Origin: Eledone cirrhosa
Taxonomy: Eukaryota
NCBI GenBank assembly: GCA_964016885.1
Contig: OZ024743.1
Coordinates: 373,302,001-373,366,000, forward strand
Reading direction: 5' to 3'
DNA: 64,000 nucleotides
Part shown: piece by piece, positions 56,045 to 64,000 of the stretch
Layout: each line of letters opens with the position of its first letter
How positions within the stretch are numbered: position 1 is the stretch's first letter
Made by a program: the position numbers and the translations under genes
Notes under the pieces: generated by a model
What the model was told of the DNA's origin: nothing
Database searches by the model: none
The model's input: only the letters and a program-made list of their open reading frames with translations

Positions 56045-59000
56045 GTCAAATGTTTAAAATTTGGCTTCGTTTATTACTGCTATATATATTTCAGTGACAG
56101 CCATCTTTGGCTGTGACCTCTTCAGGCAGTCCGAATTAGTGTGGTAGAGACGAGTACACATGTTGTTGAGGTGTATAACTTTGTCAATCCTCTGATATGC
56201 CCAGTTCCTGGTTGGGTTGTTATTTCACTGAGGAACTGGAATCATATGTTATTTCACTGAGGAACTGGAATCATATGATTCCAGTTCCTCAGTGAAATAA
56301 CATATGATTCCAGTTCCTCAGTGAAATAACAACCCAACCAGGAACTGGGCATATCAGAGTATTGACAAAGTTACACACCTCAACAACATGTGTACTCGTC
56401 TCTACCACACTAATTCGGACTGCCTGAAGAGGTCACAGCCAAAGATGGCTGTCACCAAAATATATATAGCAGTAATAAACGAAGCCAAATTTTAAACATT
56501 TGACTTATTTATTTTATTTTATTTTACATTACTCCGGAGTAACCAAACCAACCTGCGCACTTCGTTGAGTGCTCCAATCTGCATACTGAGGTGTTGGTAT
56601 ACAACCAACATATACTCAAAATTTATATATATATTGGAAAATGTGTGAGATTCTAGATACTGTAAGGTATATTTGAAAAAAGAAGAATGACCTCACCAAA
56701 TTGTTATAGAATACTAACTACAAGTGAAGTGGTGAAGTCATTCTTTTCGTCCCCGTCCCCCACATGTGTGTGTGTGTGTGTGTGTACGTCTATACTCACA
56801 CACGCACACACACACATAATCAAGAATTTGAAGGAATTTAATAATTAGGAAAGGTGTTCAGCCATACAAAAACTTGAACATATATGCCAGATGTGGTCCC
56901 CTGGTTTATCTAGGAGGATAGTAACTCCAATTAAATATTTAAAATAAACATCATTTTTACATTGACTTTTCAATACAATAATCTCTAACTAATTTCAGTT
57001 GATTCCACCGAGGTTGTCATCTCTGAGAACACATCTAAAACTACAGCAGTGATCAAGTTAAAGGGTTCTGTTGATGTATTATTAACACCTTTATTACTTG
57101 AATCAACTCAAAGGTAAGCTCTCTTCTCCATCTCTTTTATTGTCATCTCAATGTTTGCCTTCTTAACCCTTAATCCTTAAACATTTAAACCAGAATTCTC
57201 TCACCTCTTTCAGTTCAAACTGACTATAACCGGTTGCTCATACTTATGTTAAGGTATTGTTCTTAAAATAAATATAAAAATCTCATAGATTCGATATTAT
57301 GTGAGATAAAGCCTTTACTGCAAGAATACAACAGTAAATATATAAAATAATGTAAATGTTAAGGGGTTAATGTCCTATACCACAACAGCAAGACATTGTT
57401 AAAAAGTACGAAGCAATGACTTCATCATGTTAAAAATTGAAGTTTTTACACTCTGATATTGCAAATTATCACAAAGAGCTGTCCACTAGTAAAGATACTG
57501 CAAACATATAAATTGATAAACCTATTTTAAAATGTTTTTGCCTAAATCATTACATGTTTTTAATGGTTTAAATATATGGCACTTAGGGCAAGTGTTTTGC
57601 ATTGACCAATCCCTTGTGTGAAATTTGGTAGACGGAAGTTATACGAAGCCCATTGTGTGTGTGTGTGTGAGTGTGTGTGATTCAATAAAAATTTATGCAA
57701 ATGAATAAGTTAAGGAATTTGACAAATTTCCATTTTTGTAATACCCATAAGAGACTAATATATTCTGAGGATTTAGCTACAGAAATTATTCATAATCTTT
57801 AGAATATATATTATGTTATTAAAATAGACTATTGTTGATTCTTGTATAATATCCAAAGCTCTAAAGTTATTCAGCCTGTCTGAGAGACCAGTATCTCTGC
57901 TTGGGTACTGACTCTATCTGTGGCAACCCATCTAACAGACGTTAATTGATGATTATGATGATTGCATTTAGTGAACAATAGAATGATGGGTTAAAGAGAG
58001 GTTTCCAACAGACAGTTATTGCTTCACTGCATGTCTGCCATCAATAGTGACAAGGCAATCTCTGTGGTATCCAGCTAAAATATACTACTCAATGCCATCT
58101 ATTTAGCCATGAATCCTGTACTCCTGATGGAATTATAGGGGTACTGTTGTGAAATGGCATGTCTTGGGTATTCTAACCTTTTTGTTACTGTATTTCTAAT
58201 GAAATATATTGTCTATTAATTCAATTAATTTCTAAAATAAAAATATTTGGATGGATTTGAGAGAACAACTAACTTTATCTTTGTTAAGCCCATGTTTGGA
58301 ATATTACTTATGGAAGATTTCTTAAATAAAATTAGGTGGGAAAGAGATAACAGAAACATGGAAAAGGGATAACTGCTGGTCTGAGCATATTGTACCCATA
58401 ATAGCTGGCAATGAAAAAGCTGTGGGAAACTAAACAAGAACAATCTGCCATCCCTAACAAACTGGCAGAGTGTATATATATATATATCATCATCATCATC
58501 ATTTTATGCCCGCTTTTCCCTGCTTGCAAGGGTGGGAACTGATTCTGGGTTGATTTCTACAGCTGGATGCCCGTCCTAACACCAACCTCATTTACAGTGA
58601 GTGCTGAGTGCTTTTTTTTCCGTGGCGCCTACACGTCCACTTTACAGCGTGGGCTGGGTGCTTTTTTGCCATGGCACCTCCACGACCACTTTGCAATATG
58701 AAATAAAGTGTCTTGCTCAAGGAAACGACACATCACCCGGTCTGAGAATTGAACTCACAACCTTTCGATTGCAAGGCCAATGCTCTAACCACTGGCCTTG
58801 CAATCAAAAGGTTGTGAGTTCAATTCTCAGACCTGGTGATATGTTGTTTCCTTGAGCAAGATATATATATATATATTAGAAAGTGAGGTTTTTTTACAAA
58901 ATGAAAAAAAAACGAAGTGTCCTACACGAGTGAAAGTATAAGGAAAAAAGATGAAATCGAAAATGCAACTGGAGTCTTTTTTTTTTTTAAATATATATTT

Positions 59001-62000
59001 ATTTGGTTCCTTTACTGGTTTCGCAGTTCTTCTGCTTTTCAAAAGTAGAATTGAGATGGAGGGTTTGTGGTTTTTCTCATATATATATTATTCAATTTAG
59101 CTAATGAAATATATTACCTATTAATTCATGTGAAGGCGCATCACTTTGTGGTTAGAGCATTGGGCTTGCAATCGAAAGGTTGTGAGTTTGATTCTTGGTA
59201 TAGGTGATGCATTGTGTCCTTGAGCAAGACACTTTGTTTCACGTTGCTCCAGTTTACTGAACTGTAGAAATGAGTTGTGATGTTACTGGTGCCAAATTGT
59301 ATCAGCCATAGCCTTTCCCTTGGACATCATCGGTGGCATGGAGAGGGGTGGCTGGTATGCATGGGCGACTGCTGGTCTTCCTCAAACAACCTTGCCCGGA
59401 CTTGTGACCAAAGGGGCTCTTTGATTCAATTTAGGAAAGTTGGTTGATCAGATAATCCACTGACTTTAGTTGTAAACAGACGTAAAGCATTCTACGACTT
59501 GTATTCCTTAAAGTGTTATCCATAAGGTATCAACCGGAGTGTCAATATTATAAAGAAGAGAGACGGTTTTAAATGTACATACTCTGTTTATTATATAATC
59601 CTGTTATACGTATTTCGAAGACATTAAAGTGATTACATAATAATCTCTTTAGACAGGTGCAAAGTTTTTGTTTTTGATATGCTACTGGAGTTATGTGAAT
59701 TGTGGTAGCAGTCCTCTCCAGTAGTATGTGTGTATATATATGTGTGTGCGTGTGTTTGCCTACCAAATTTTACTTCCAAGGCATTGGTCAGTTCGAGTCT
59801 ATGGTAGAAGACCTGGCACTTGTGTGAAGTACTGTCAGTAAAATTGAACTGGGAACCATGATTGAAAAGCAAACTTTTTCACCATATAGCCATGTTGCTG
59901 GTCATTGCGGTGCAGCAGAATACAAGGGACATTACTATGCTTGCTTCAATCTGCCTTGCAATTTCAATTTATTTTCGAGGTAGCACATTTATACATCTGT
60001 TAAAAACACTTGCTTCCATGATTTGTATTCAAATTTATTACAAATATTCTGCCATTCATACCAGCTTGAAATAATGGCATGTAAACATTGATAAAAAAAT
60101 TAATAAAAGTCAGTTCTGAACTTTTGCCATTGAGAAAATAAATTTAAGAAAATTTAATTTACCATTTTTGAATAATATACTTTGGTAAAAATGGTTATTG
60201 AAAGGATTTTTGCCAAATTTTATTTTAAAATATTGATAGCAAAATTAAAGTGAAAAATAAAATTTTTGTTTAGAATGTAGTAATATAAATTCGAGTTGGT
60301 CATCTCTGCTTGACTGACATTTTTGGAACTGTAAAAGTCTTATCACTCAATTAAATAATGATTTCTGATTTAGGCACAAGGCCAACAATTTTTGGGGAGG
60401 GGAAAGTCGATTAAAGCGATCCCAGTACATTATTGGCACTTTATTTTATCAACCTTGTAAGGATGAAAGGCAAAGCTAATCTCGGCGGGATTTGAATTCA
60501 GAATGTAAAGGGTCGTAACTTCTCGGCCTTTTGGCTAAGATCAAAGTGTAGTAACTGAATTAAATAATGAACACACGCATACATGTATGCATGGGCATAC
60601 ACACACAAGCACACTATTCATATATATAGGAACTTATGAATGAAGTGTGAATGCCTGTAGTGTTTATAGGAAAACATTATTCCATTTCTCAATTCTGTTT
60701 TACTCAAATTGTAGCCTTCTTTAATACCATACTTATCATCATCATCATTATCATCATCATGCAGCCTCAGGCAAACGTCTCATTTTCAAATGTTTATACT
60801 TATATTAAAACCTTCCACCATAACTTTATTTAAGAAATCTTTGTTAAACTCATATAATCTTAATCCTTTTTTACCATATTCCTTATGAAATACACTGCTT
60901 ATGACTTTCTCATTAATAAGCTGGTGTTTAGAACTTAAAAATGCTTCTTACATACAATTTTGATGGAAGGTTTTTTAAATGAATATACACACTTTAAAAT
61001 AAACAGCTTTGTATCATAAGATCAGGAGCAGTTTCAGACATGTTTGTGTCAAAAGGTTTAAAAAGTAATTAGTTGAAAGATCACATTCTTATAAATAAAC
61101 CTCCTAACTAAAACTGAATGTTTATCTTTCTTTTTTTCTATTCAGATACATTGAAGCCATCACTCCTGTTCTATCCAAACTTCATCCATCTTCAATTATT
61201 GACCGTCTACACAGCCGGTGTTTAGATCGACTAAAACTGAAAAATCGCTTAAAAAAACACAGTTCTGATGAGCTACATGATAGCAATAGTTCTCGTCGGG
61301 AGCCTATGGAAACAAAGACATCCAGTATTCAAGCCTATTTTTCATTGGCAAAGGTTTGATATATATTAACTTTTATTTTTGAATATCATGTAAAAATATT
61401 TCTAGTTAGCATTGAATTCCTACCAGATTTAATTCTGTAATACAGCAATTTACATTTTAAAATGATCATATCTAAATATAATAATTTAATATTAAAACTA
61501 TATTATTTCTAGTTAGCATTGAATTCCTACCAGATTTAATTCTGTAATACAGCAATTTACATTTTAAAATGATCATATCTAAATATAATAATTTAATATT
61601 AAAACTTTAATATCAAAACTTAATATTAAAAAAAACATTATGTTCCTAATATCAGTTTCATAATAAAAATGATTATTTTAGTTAGAAATATTTAGTCATG
61701 AAAATGTTAAAACCAGATATCAGTGACTTTGCTTAAATACAGATCAGTCTGTGATGAAATGGACAGTAAATGATGATGATATCATCTGTGAATTTTGTTT
61801 TTAATTTCTAAACATGGAGGCACATGGCTTAGTGGTTAGAGCATTGGCCTTGCAATTGAAAGGTTGTGAGTTCAATTCTCAGACCGAGTGATGTGTTGTT
61901 TCTTTGAGCAAGACACTTTATTTCACATTGCTCCAGTTTACTCAGCTGTAGAAATGAGATGATAGGGACTGGGGTCCATATCATTCCACTACAAAGTGGT

Positions 62001-63785
62001 TGTGGAGGTGCCACGGCAAAAAAGCACCCAGCACTCACTGTAAATGAGGTTGGTGTTAGGAAGGGCATCCATCTGTAGAAATCAGGCCAAAATCAGTTCC
62101 CGTCCCACCCTTGCAAGCAAGGAAAAAGCGGAAATGAAATGAAAAATGAAATGTAAGATGACAAGCAAGCTAACAGAAAAGAAAAATTGTGTGTAGCAGA
62201 TATACAGGAGGAGTTATTTCACTTTGTTCCAATCAATTAGTACCAGCAGCAGATGTTAACCTTGTGAAGGATTGTCCTTCTGTTAAGGGAAAGGATGTCA
62301 TCTTGTACTAATAGCCATTTGACACTACATGAAACCAAGATAAGCTCCAACCCGATGAGACCCAATTAAAAAGAATTTAATACAAGCTTCTTTTTTACTG
62401 TTATTGGAAGTAACTTAACTTTTTTGTTATAATTTTTATAAAATACACTGCCTATGAGTTTCAAATAATTTTGAAAATAATCAACATTATTTGGAATATA
62501 ATTAACAGTGTTTGGAATATAATTTAAAGGTTCTTATATCAAATTATGATGGAAAGTTTTTAGACAAATATAAACACTTTGAAATAAAGAGTTTTGTATT
62601 GTGGAACTTAGCAGTTTCAAGACAGTTTGTGACTTAGTGATGTAACTAATATTCTCATTAAGTTGGTTTCTTGCATAAAATCAAGATAGAAAATAAACAT
62701 ATACACTTTAATTCAAACAGTTTTGTCTGATAGAACCAAGGGTTAAATGTTTTCCCAACCAGAAGAAATTAATACAAGGTTATATATGTTTTTTCTGCTA
62801 TCAAAATAATTTATTAATTGATTGATTTTTCTATTTTCTTTGTTCAGATCAATGTGTGCATTCTTCAGACATCAATTGTTGAAGAAATGGTGTCATTCTC
62901 AGCGTTAGACAACATACATGATTTTACCTGTGTTTCATTACTGGCAGTCTGTATCAGCAACATTGAATGTCAGTTGCTTTCTAACTGCCACTCTTGTAAA
63001 ATTGCTAATGATAACAGTCCAAGCAGTAGTCTCCATCATTCTACAAATTTGTTGGTCAATAAAGAGAAACCCTCAAAAGGAACTTCCACTACAGTTGGTG
63101 GTGCAGGAACTGACTCCACAAACACAGAATGTTACAAACTCTCTGAAACATCGAAAGATGAAAATGTTGGAACATTGTCAATTGAGAAGATTCACTTTCA
63201 GTTCCGGCGACTCTTGAAGCACAGTAACTTTTCCGAAAATGTCATTCTGACAGCCATTCCAGAGTTTCGGTCTAAAGTTCTGTTTGTGTTTGATAAAGAA
63301 AGTATACCTTGTGAATCAAAACAGAGCACATTGAGTCGAGAGTCATCACAGACCAGTGGTCGAGAATATCGGCAAAAATCTGACGAGCTTGGTATCGGCT
63401 TCATTATGTTTGAATGTGGTATGGAAGGAATTAATTTAACAGCTGTACGGAGACTGGGTTTCAAAGAAAATATTGATACTGAATTTCAACATAAGATGGA
63501 AGAAATTGAAAAGACTCTTGAAGAAATGCAAGAACAAACCAAAACAGAACTTGATAAGGGAGAAGTTCCAAAGAAATGGCAAGAAAAGAAGAATTCTATG
63601 TCTTCATGGGATTCAACCATGTCAATAACCTCTTCAGATAGCCAGTTTCCATCTTTAGAAAGACTTACCAAAATGAGTCCTTTAGAAGGTGACGCTTCAA
63701 GTGGAGTTCTAAAACTGGAGACAATCTGGTTTAATTTTGCGGCTCCTCCTCCTTTGCCTATGAGGAGGAAAATGGACTTCACAAG
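5319..63785 (+). CDS. BLTP1: BLTP1/KIAA1109 (tweek) bridge-like lipid transfer protein, partial multi-exon gene (21 exons in window; 5' and 3' ends outside)
   Basis: Manually spliced exons keep frame at every junction. They give motifs I recognise from KIAA1109 in collinear order: [109 protein letters not shown]. Confidence 0.95.
11730..11900 (-). mobile_element. Second CRE-like RLE C-terminal remnant
   Basis: Minus strand reads [27 protein letters not shown], a decayed DPRE..WL.QR.SL...RGNA.SI. Confidence 0.5.
12998..13172. repeat. GC-rich 27-bp tandem repeat (~6 units) with core actgcgcatg(t/c)gc
   Basis: Directly visible; produces the 9-aa periodicity seen in the ORF track. Confidence 0.9.
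14150..17221 (+). pseudogene. Helitron Rep-helicase, decayed (many stops and frameshifts)
   Basis: Rep motifs [34 protein letters not shown] (HUH) and [15 protein letters not shown]1 helicase motifs [69 protein letters not shown]. Ends VYKETLQ*. Confidence 0.93.
19270..19640. repeat. CT-rich degenerate tandem repeat (agaattattagtctctctct-like)
   Basis: Directly visible. Confidence 0.75.
21154..21331 (+). CDS. BLTP1: BLTP1 exon ([24 protein letters not shown]...LFGLEP)
   Basis: tttcag acceptor, AA|gtaagt donor, phase 1 to 2. Confidence 0.93.
22402..22471 (+). CDS. BLTP1: BLTP1 exon ([23 protein letters not shown])
   Basis: ttgcag acceptor, |gtgagt donor, phase 2 to 0; WRxLIPVIKV motif. Confidence 0.9.
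23430..23620 (+). CDS. BLTP1: BLTP1 exon ([14 protein letters not shown]...DQFMHV...[10 protein letters not shown])
   Basis: ttccag acceptor, GT|gtgagt donor, phase 0 to 2. Confidence 0.93.
23995..24880. repeat. 32-bp minisatellite, ~27-28 units, embedded in a SINE
   Basis: Unit aaaataaagtacatgtcaatttaatcaacttt with a few recurring variants; no spacers. Confidence 0.95.
25503..25582 (+). CDS. BLTP1: BLTP1 exon ([27 protein letters not shown])
   Basis: tttacag acceptor, G|gtaggt donor, phase 2 to 1. Confidence 0.94.
27010..27480 (+). mobile_element. 3' end of an R4/Dong-like non-LTR retrotransposon (RLE domain, 3' UTR, TAA tail)
   Basis: [11 protein letters not shown]...KLSKYKDL...TIPVIVGTL...[20 protein letters not shown], followed by a (taa)n tail at ~27460-27480. 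Confidence 0.8.
27500..27712 (+). mobile_element. tRNA-derived SINE family B (representative copy; more than 10 copies in window)
   Basis: A-box-like ttggcagtatcggtagag, B-box-like gagttaaaatcc, body aactttgcctttcatcc...gataaaataaagtaccagtc...gctggccttgtgcc. Other copies near 7410, 8930(-), 11070(-), 21720, 23690, 24940, 31865, 32140, 36175, 48300(-), 60362(-). Confidence 0.75.
27734..27875 (+). CDS. BLTP1: BLTP1 exon (LVPYEPE...[17 protein letters not shown])
   Basis: tttag acceptor, AG|gtatgt donor, phase 1 to 2. Confidence 0.93.
28572..28775. mobile_element. Tc1/mariner (pogo/Tigger-like) MITE
   Basis: Imperfect TIRs tatatacttgaatataggccga ... ttggcttatattcgagtatata, ending cagta. Confidence 0.55.
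28870..29170. repeat. Degenerate ~40-bp tandem repeat related to a SINE body unit
   Basis: Repeated tttacagagtgtactgagtgcattttattgtggcactagtactac-like units. Confidence 0.75.
29180..29455 (-). pseudogene. mariner transposase C-terminal remnant
   Basis: Minus strand reads WQLYRDKA (decayed W.LHHDNA) and [22 protein letters not shown] (YSPDLAP.DF.LFP motif). Confidence 0.75.
29705..29861 (+). CDS. BLTP1: BLTP1 exon ([13 protein letters not shown]...[11 protein letters not shown])
   Basis: ttatag acceptor, |gtaagt donor, phase 2 to 0. Confidence 0.93.
30853..31023 (+). CDS. BLTP1: BLTP1 exon ([21 protein letters not shown]...[18 protein letters not shown])
   Basis: gacag acceptor, GAG|gtatgt donor, phase 0 to 0. 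Confidence 0.93.
31030..31305. repeat. (CAC/CAT)n trinucleotide microsatellite
   Basis: Directly visible just 3' of the exon ending at 31023. Confidence 0.95.
32353..32470 (+). CDS. BLTP1: BLTP1 exon ([18 protein letters not shown]...KSFFS)
   Basis: ttttaaag acceptor, G|gtaaat donor, phase 0 to 1. Confidence 0.9.
33779..33934 (+). CDS. BLTP1: BLTP1 exon (DLADDWSS...FVPYTW...[16 protein letters not shown])
   Basis: ttgtag acceptor, A|gtaagt donor, phase 1 to 1. Confidence 0.94.
35184..35281 (+). CDS. BLTP1: BLTP1 exon ([22 protein letters not shown]...IR)
   Basis: ttttcag acceptor, |gtgagt donor, phase 1 to 0. Confidence 0.9.
35461..35677. mobile_element. TTAA-flanked (piggyBac-like) MITE, ~215 bp; representative copy
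   Basis: ttaa-ccctttagcattta ... taaatgctaaaggg-ttaa. Other copies at ~18114-18325, 30530-30745, 33120-33335, 57170-57370, and partial at 47965-48023 and 63940-64000. Two further TTAA-ended AT-rich families also recur (e.g. 21579-22072; 50280-50510). Confidence 0.8.
36439..36602 (+). CDS. BLTP1: BLTP1 exon ([12 protein letters not shown]...KWRKLTHK)
   Basis: ccctag acceptor, AG|gtaaat donor, phase 0 to 2. Confidence 0.9.
36973..37288 (+). CDS. BLTP1: BLTP1 exon ([10 protein letters not shown]...[13 protein letters not shown]), ending at a GC donor
   Basis: Poly-T/cccag acceptor. The exon ends AAG|gcaagt and joins in frame to ENYFGED of the next exon. Confidence 0.88.
37922..41570 (-). mobile_element. 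Near-full-length RTE-clade LINE (APE endonuclease, RT, PHD-like finger), disrupted
   Basis: APE motifs [43 protein letters not shown] motifs [33 protein letters not shown]-terminus [12 protein letters not shown]...GRRSRGRP; (GAT)n tail. 5' boundary approximate. Confidence 0.92.
41711..42042 (+). mobile_element. tRNA-head/CORE-like SINE with RTE-derived tail (family A)
   Basis: A box tggcttagtgg, B box gagttcaattc, CORE-like ccttgagcaagacacttt...ctccagtttactcagctgtagaaatg, tail cccttgcaagca...gtggacgt and (gaaat)n. Confidence 0.85.
42766..44330 (+). mobile_element. 5'-truncated Penelope-like element (GIY-YIG C-terminus, long 3' region with hammerhead), with a 5' inverted duplication
   Basis: From ~42866 reads [17 protein letters not shown]...[13 protein letters not shown]...W...[12 protein letters not shown]...[14 protein letters not shown]. 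79-bp perfect inverted repeat at the 5' end; hammerhead at 44141-44211. 3' boundary approximate. Confidence 0.8.
44141..44211 (+). ncRNA. Type I hammerhead ribozyme
   Basis: Stem I tgttttat/ataaaata; CTGATGA 44149-55; 16-position stem II with one mismatch and G-U pairs; GAAA 44192-95; short stem III closing gcgc; cleavage triplet ATA ending 44203. Confidence 0.75.
44419..45332 (-). mobile_element. 5'-truncated copy of the same RTE LINE family
   Basis: Aligns by eye with ~37922-38830; encodes [13 protein letters not shown] through [12 protein letters not shown]...GRPRKTW; (GAT)n tail. Confidence 0.92.
46026..46220 (+). CDS. BLTP1: BLTP1 exon ([13 protein letters not shown]...[21 protein letters not shown])
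   Basis: ttgtag acceptor, |gtaact donor, phase 0 to 0. Confidence 0.9.
46411..46548 (+). CDS. BLTP1: BLTP1 exon ([10 protein letters not shown]...[22 protein letters not shown])
   Basis: ctttcag acceptor, GAG|gtgatt donor, phase 0 to 0. Confidence 0.92.
46600..46945. repeat. Degenerate ~60-bp tandem repeat (~6 units) in a short intron
   Basis: Recurring gactacaagagact...ccatgctggggcact...tcaagaaat...aatcatat. Confidence 0.8.
47093..47269 (+). CDS. BLTP1: BLTP1 exon ([23 protein letters not shown]...EYAWLVEV...TSPQ)
   Basis: ttttcag acceptor, CAG|gtaaaa donor, phase 0 to 0. Confidence 0.94.
49254..49499 (+). CDS. BLTP1: BLTP1 exon ([11 protein letters not shown]...CQHG...[13 protein letters not shown]...SNLQ)
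   Basis: tttttag acceptor, CAG|gtaaat donor, phase 0 to 0. Confidence 0.93.
50885..52697 (+). CDS. BLTP1: BLTP1 large exon (1,813 nt; [18 protein letters not shown], then a long Ser/Thr-rich low-complexity segment)
   Basis: ttacag acceptor, T|gtaagt donor, phase 0 to 1; contains most of ORF 50996..52741. Confidence 0.93.
53710..54870. mobile_element. Two opposed copies of an RTE-tailed retroposon with internal ~112-bp tandem units
   Basis: ~53785-54415 matches the copy at ~42100-42495; ~54428-54860 is its reverse complement. Confidence 0.75.
54890..56010 (+). mobile_element. Possible non-autonomous Helitron-like element
   Basis: Repeated ccgatttt...aaactttacaca / ccaattt...gaaatttgca motifs near the start and a decayed cccatgcaacgccgagt end, resembling invertebrate non-autonomous rolling-circle elements. 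Confidence 0.35.
56076..56130 (-). ncRNA. Type I hammerhead ribozyme (intact core)
   Basis: Minus strand: actgc-CTGAAGA-ggtcacagcca(aaga)tggctgtcact-GAAA-tatata-TA-gcagt; all three stems pair. Confidence 0.75.
56419..56473 (+). ncRNA. Inverted hammerhead copy with GAAA changed to AAAA (probably inactive)
   Basis: actgc-CTGAAGA-ggtcacagcca(aaga)tggctgtcacc-AAAA-tatata-TA-gcagt. Confidence 0.6.
56999..57113 (+). CDS. BLTP1: BLTP1 exon (DSTEVVIS...[18 protein letters not shown])
   Basis: tttcag acceptor, AG|gtaagc donor, phase 1 to 2. Confidence 0.9.
60519..60553 (+). pseudogene. U2: U2 snRNA 5' fragment (about nt 5-39), 3'-truncated retrocopy
   Basis: cttctcggccttttggctaagatcaaagtgtagta matches the conserved U2 5' end including the branch-recognition GTAGTA; the rest of U2 is absent. 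Confidence 0.9.
61146..61353 (+). CDS. BLTP1: BLTP1 exon ([22 protein letters not shown]...FSLAK)
   Basis: attcag acceptor, AAG|gtttga donor, phase 2 to 0. Confidence 0.9.
61397..61606. repeat. Recent direct tandem duplication, 107-bp period
   Basis: tctagttagcattgaattcc... starts at 61401 and again at 61508, identical over ~100 bp. Confidence 0.9.
61816..62152 (+). mobile_element. SINE family A full-length copy
   Basis: Near-identical to 41711-42042. Further copies at ~20670-20975 (5'-truncated) and ~58487-58860 (minus, rearranged). Confidence 0.85.
62848..63785 (+). CDS. BLTP1: BLTP1 exon (INVCILQTS...GFIMFECG...WFNFAAPPP...DFTR)
   Basis: gttcag acceptor, AG|gtgtgt donor, phase 0 to 2; lies within ORF 62818..63846. 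Confidence 0.9.
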
Positions 63786-64000
63786 GTGTGTATTTAGGTA
63801 TCATTACATTTTTCCCCTCCATGACTCATACTGTTCACTTTTCTGACTTTTGTACATTATTTTATGTACTATCCATGCAGAGCTGAATTTGATGGGCCAC
63901 GCGCTTCCATTCAGTCGCTTAATCCGGCCATGATTCTCTTACCTCTTTCTGTTGAAACCGGCCATAACTGGCCATTCATACTGACGTTAAGGTATTGTTC

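Larger units (their letters stand above)
56045..56504. repeat. 460-bp loopless palindrome (230-bp arms, ~4 mismatches)
   Basis: Symmetry centre tcat|atga at 56274/56275; ends gtcaaatgttt...aaacatttgac. Confidence 0.95.

Noticed and set aside
60519-60553. Functional U2 snRNA gene
   Set aside because: Only ~35 nt are present; no Sm site, 3' stems or promoter.

Overview
AT-rich animal genomic DNA. The SINE, RTE and microsatellite content suggests an octopus or other coleoid cephalopod (inference). The whole window lies inside one + strand gene, BLTP1/KIAA1109 (tweek/lpd-3 family bridge-like lipid transfer protein). I traced 21 phase-compatible coding exons from 5319 to 63785 (5,815 nt, about 1,940 codons). 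The N-terminal exon(s) lie upstream of the window and the gene continues past its end. One intron (37289-46025) uses a GC donor. The introns hold a deleted LTR retrotransposon with a 5-bp TSD, a decayed Helitron, a near-full-length RTE LINE with a PHD-type finger plus a truncated copy, a Penelope-like element, remnants of CRE-like, R4/Dong-like and mariner elements, tRNA/CORE SINEs, TTAA MITEs and SINE-derived minisatellites. The most notable observations are well-formed type I hammerhead ribozymes (one pair inside a 460-bp loopless palindrome), a SINE-U2 snRNA chimeric insertion within one TSD, and a SINE/LINE shared 3' tail. I see no prokaryote-style novel system and no CRISPR array. All family assignments come from motif recognition, not database searches.
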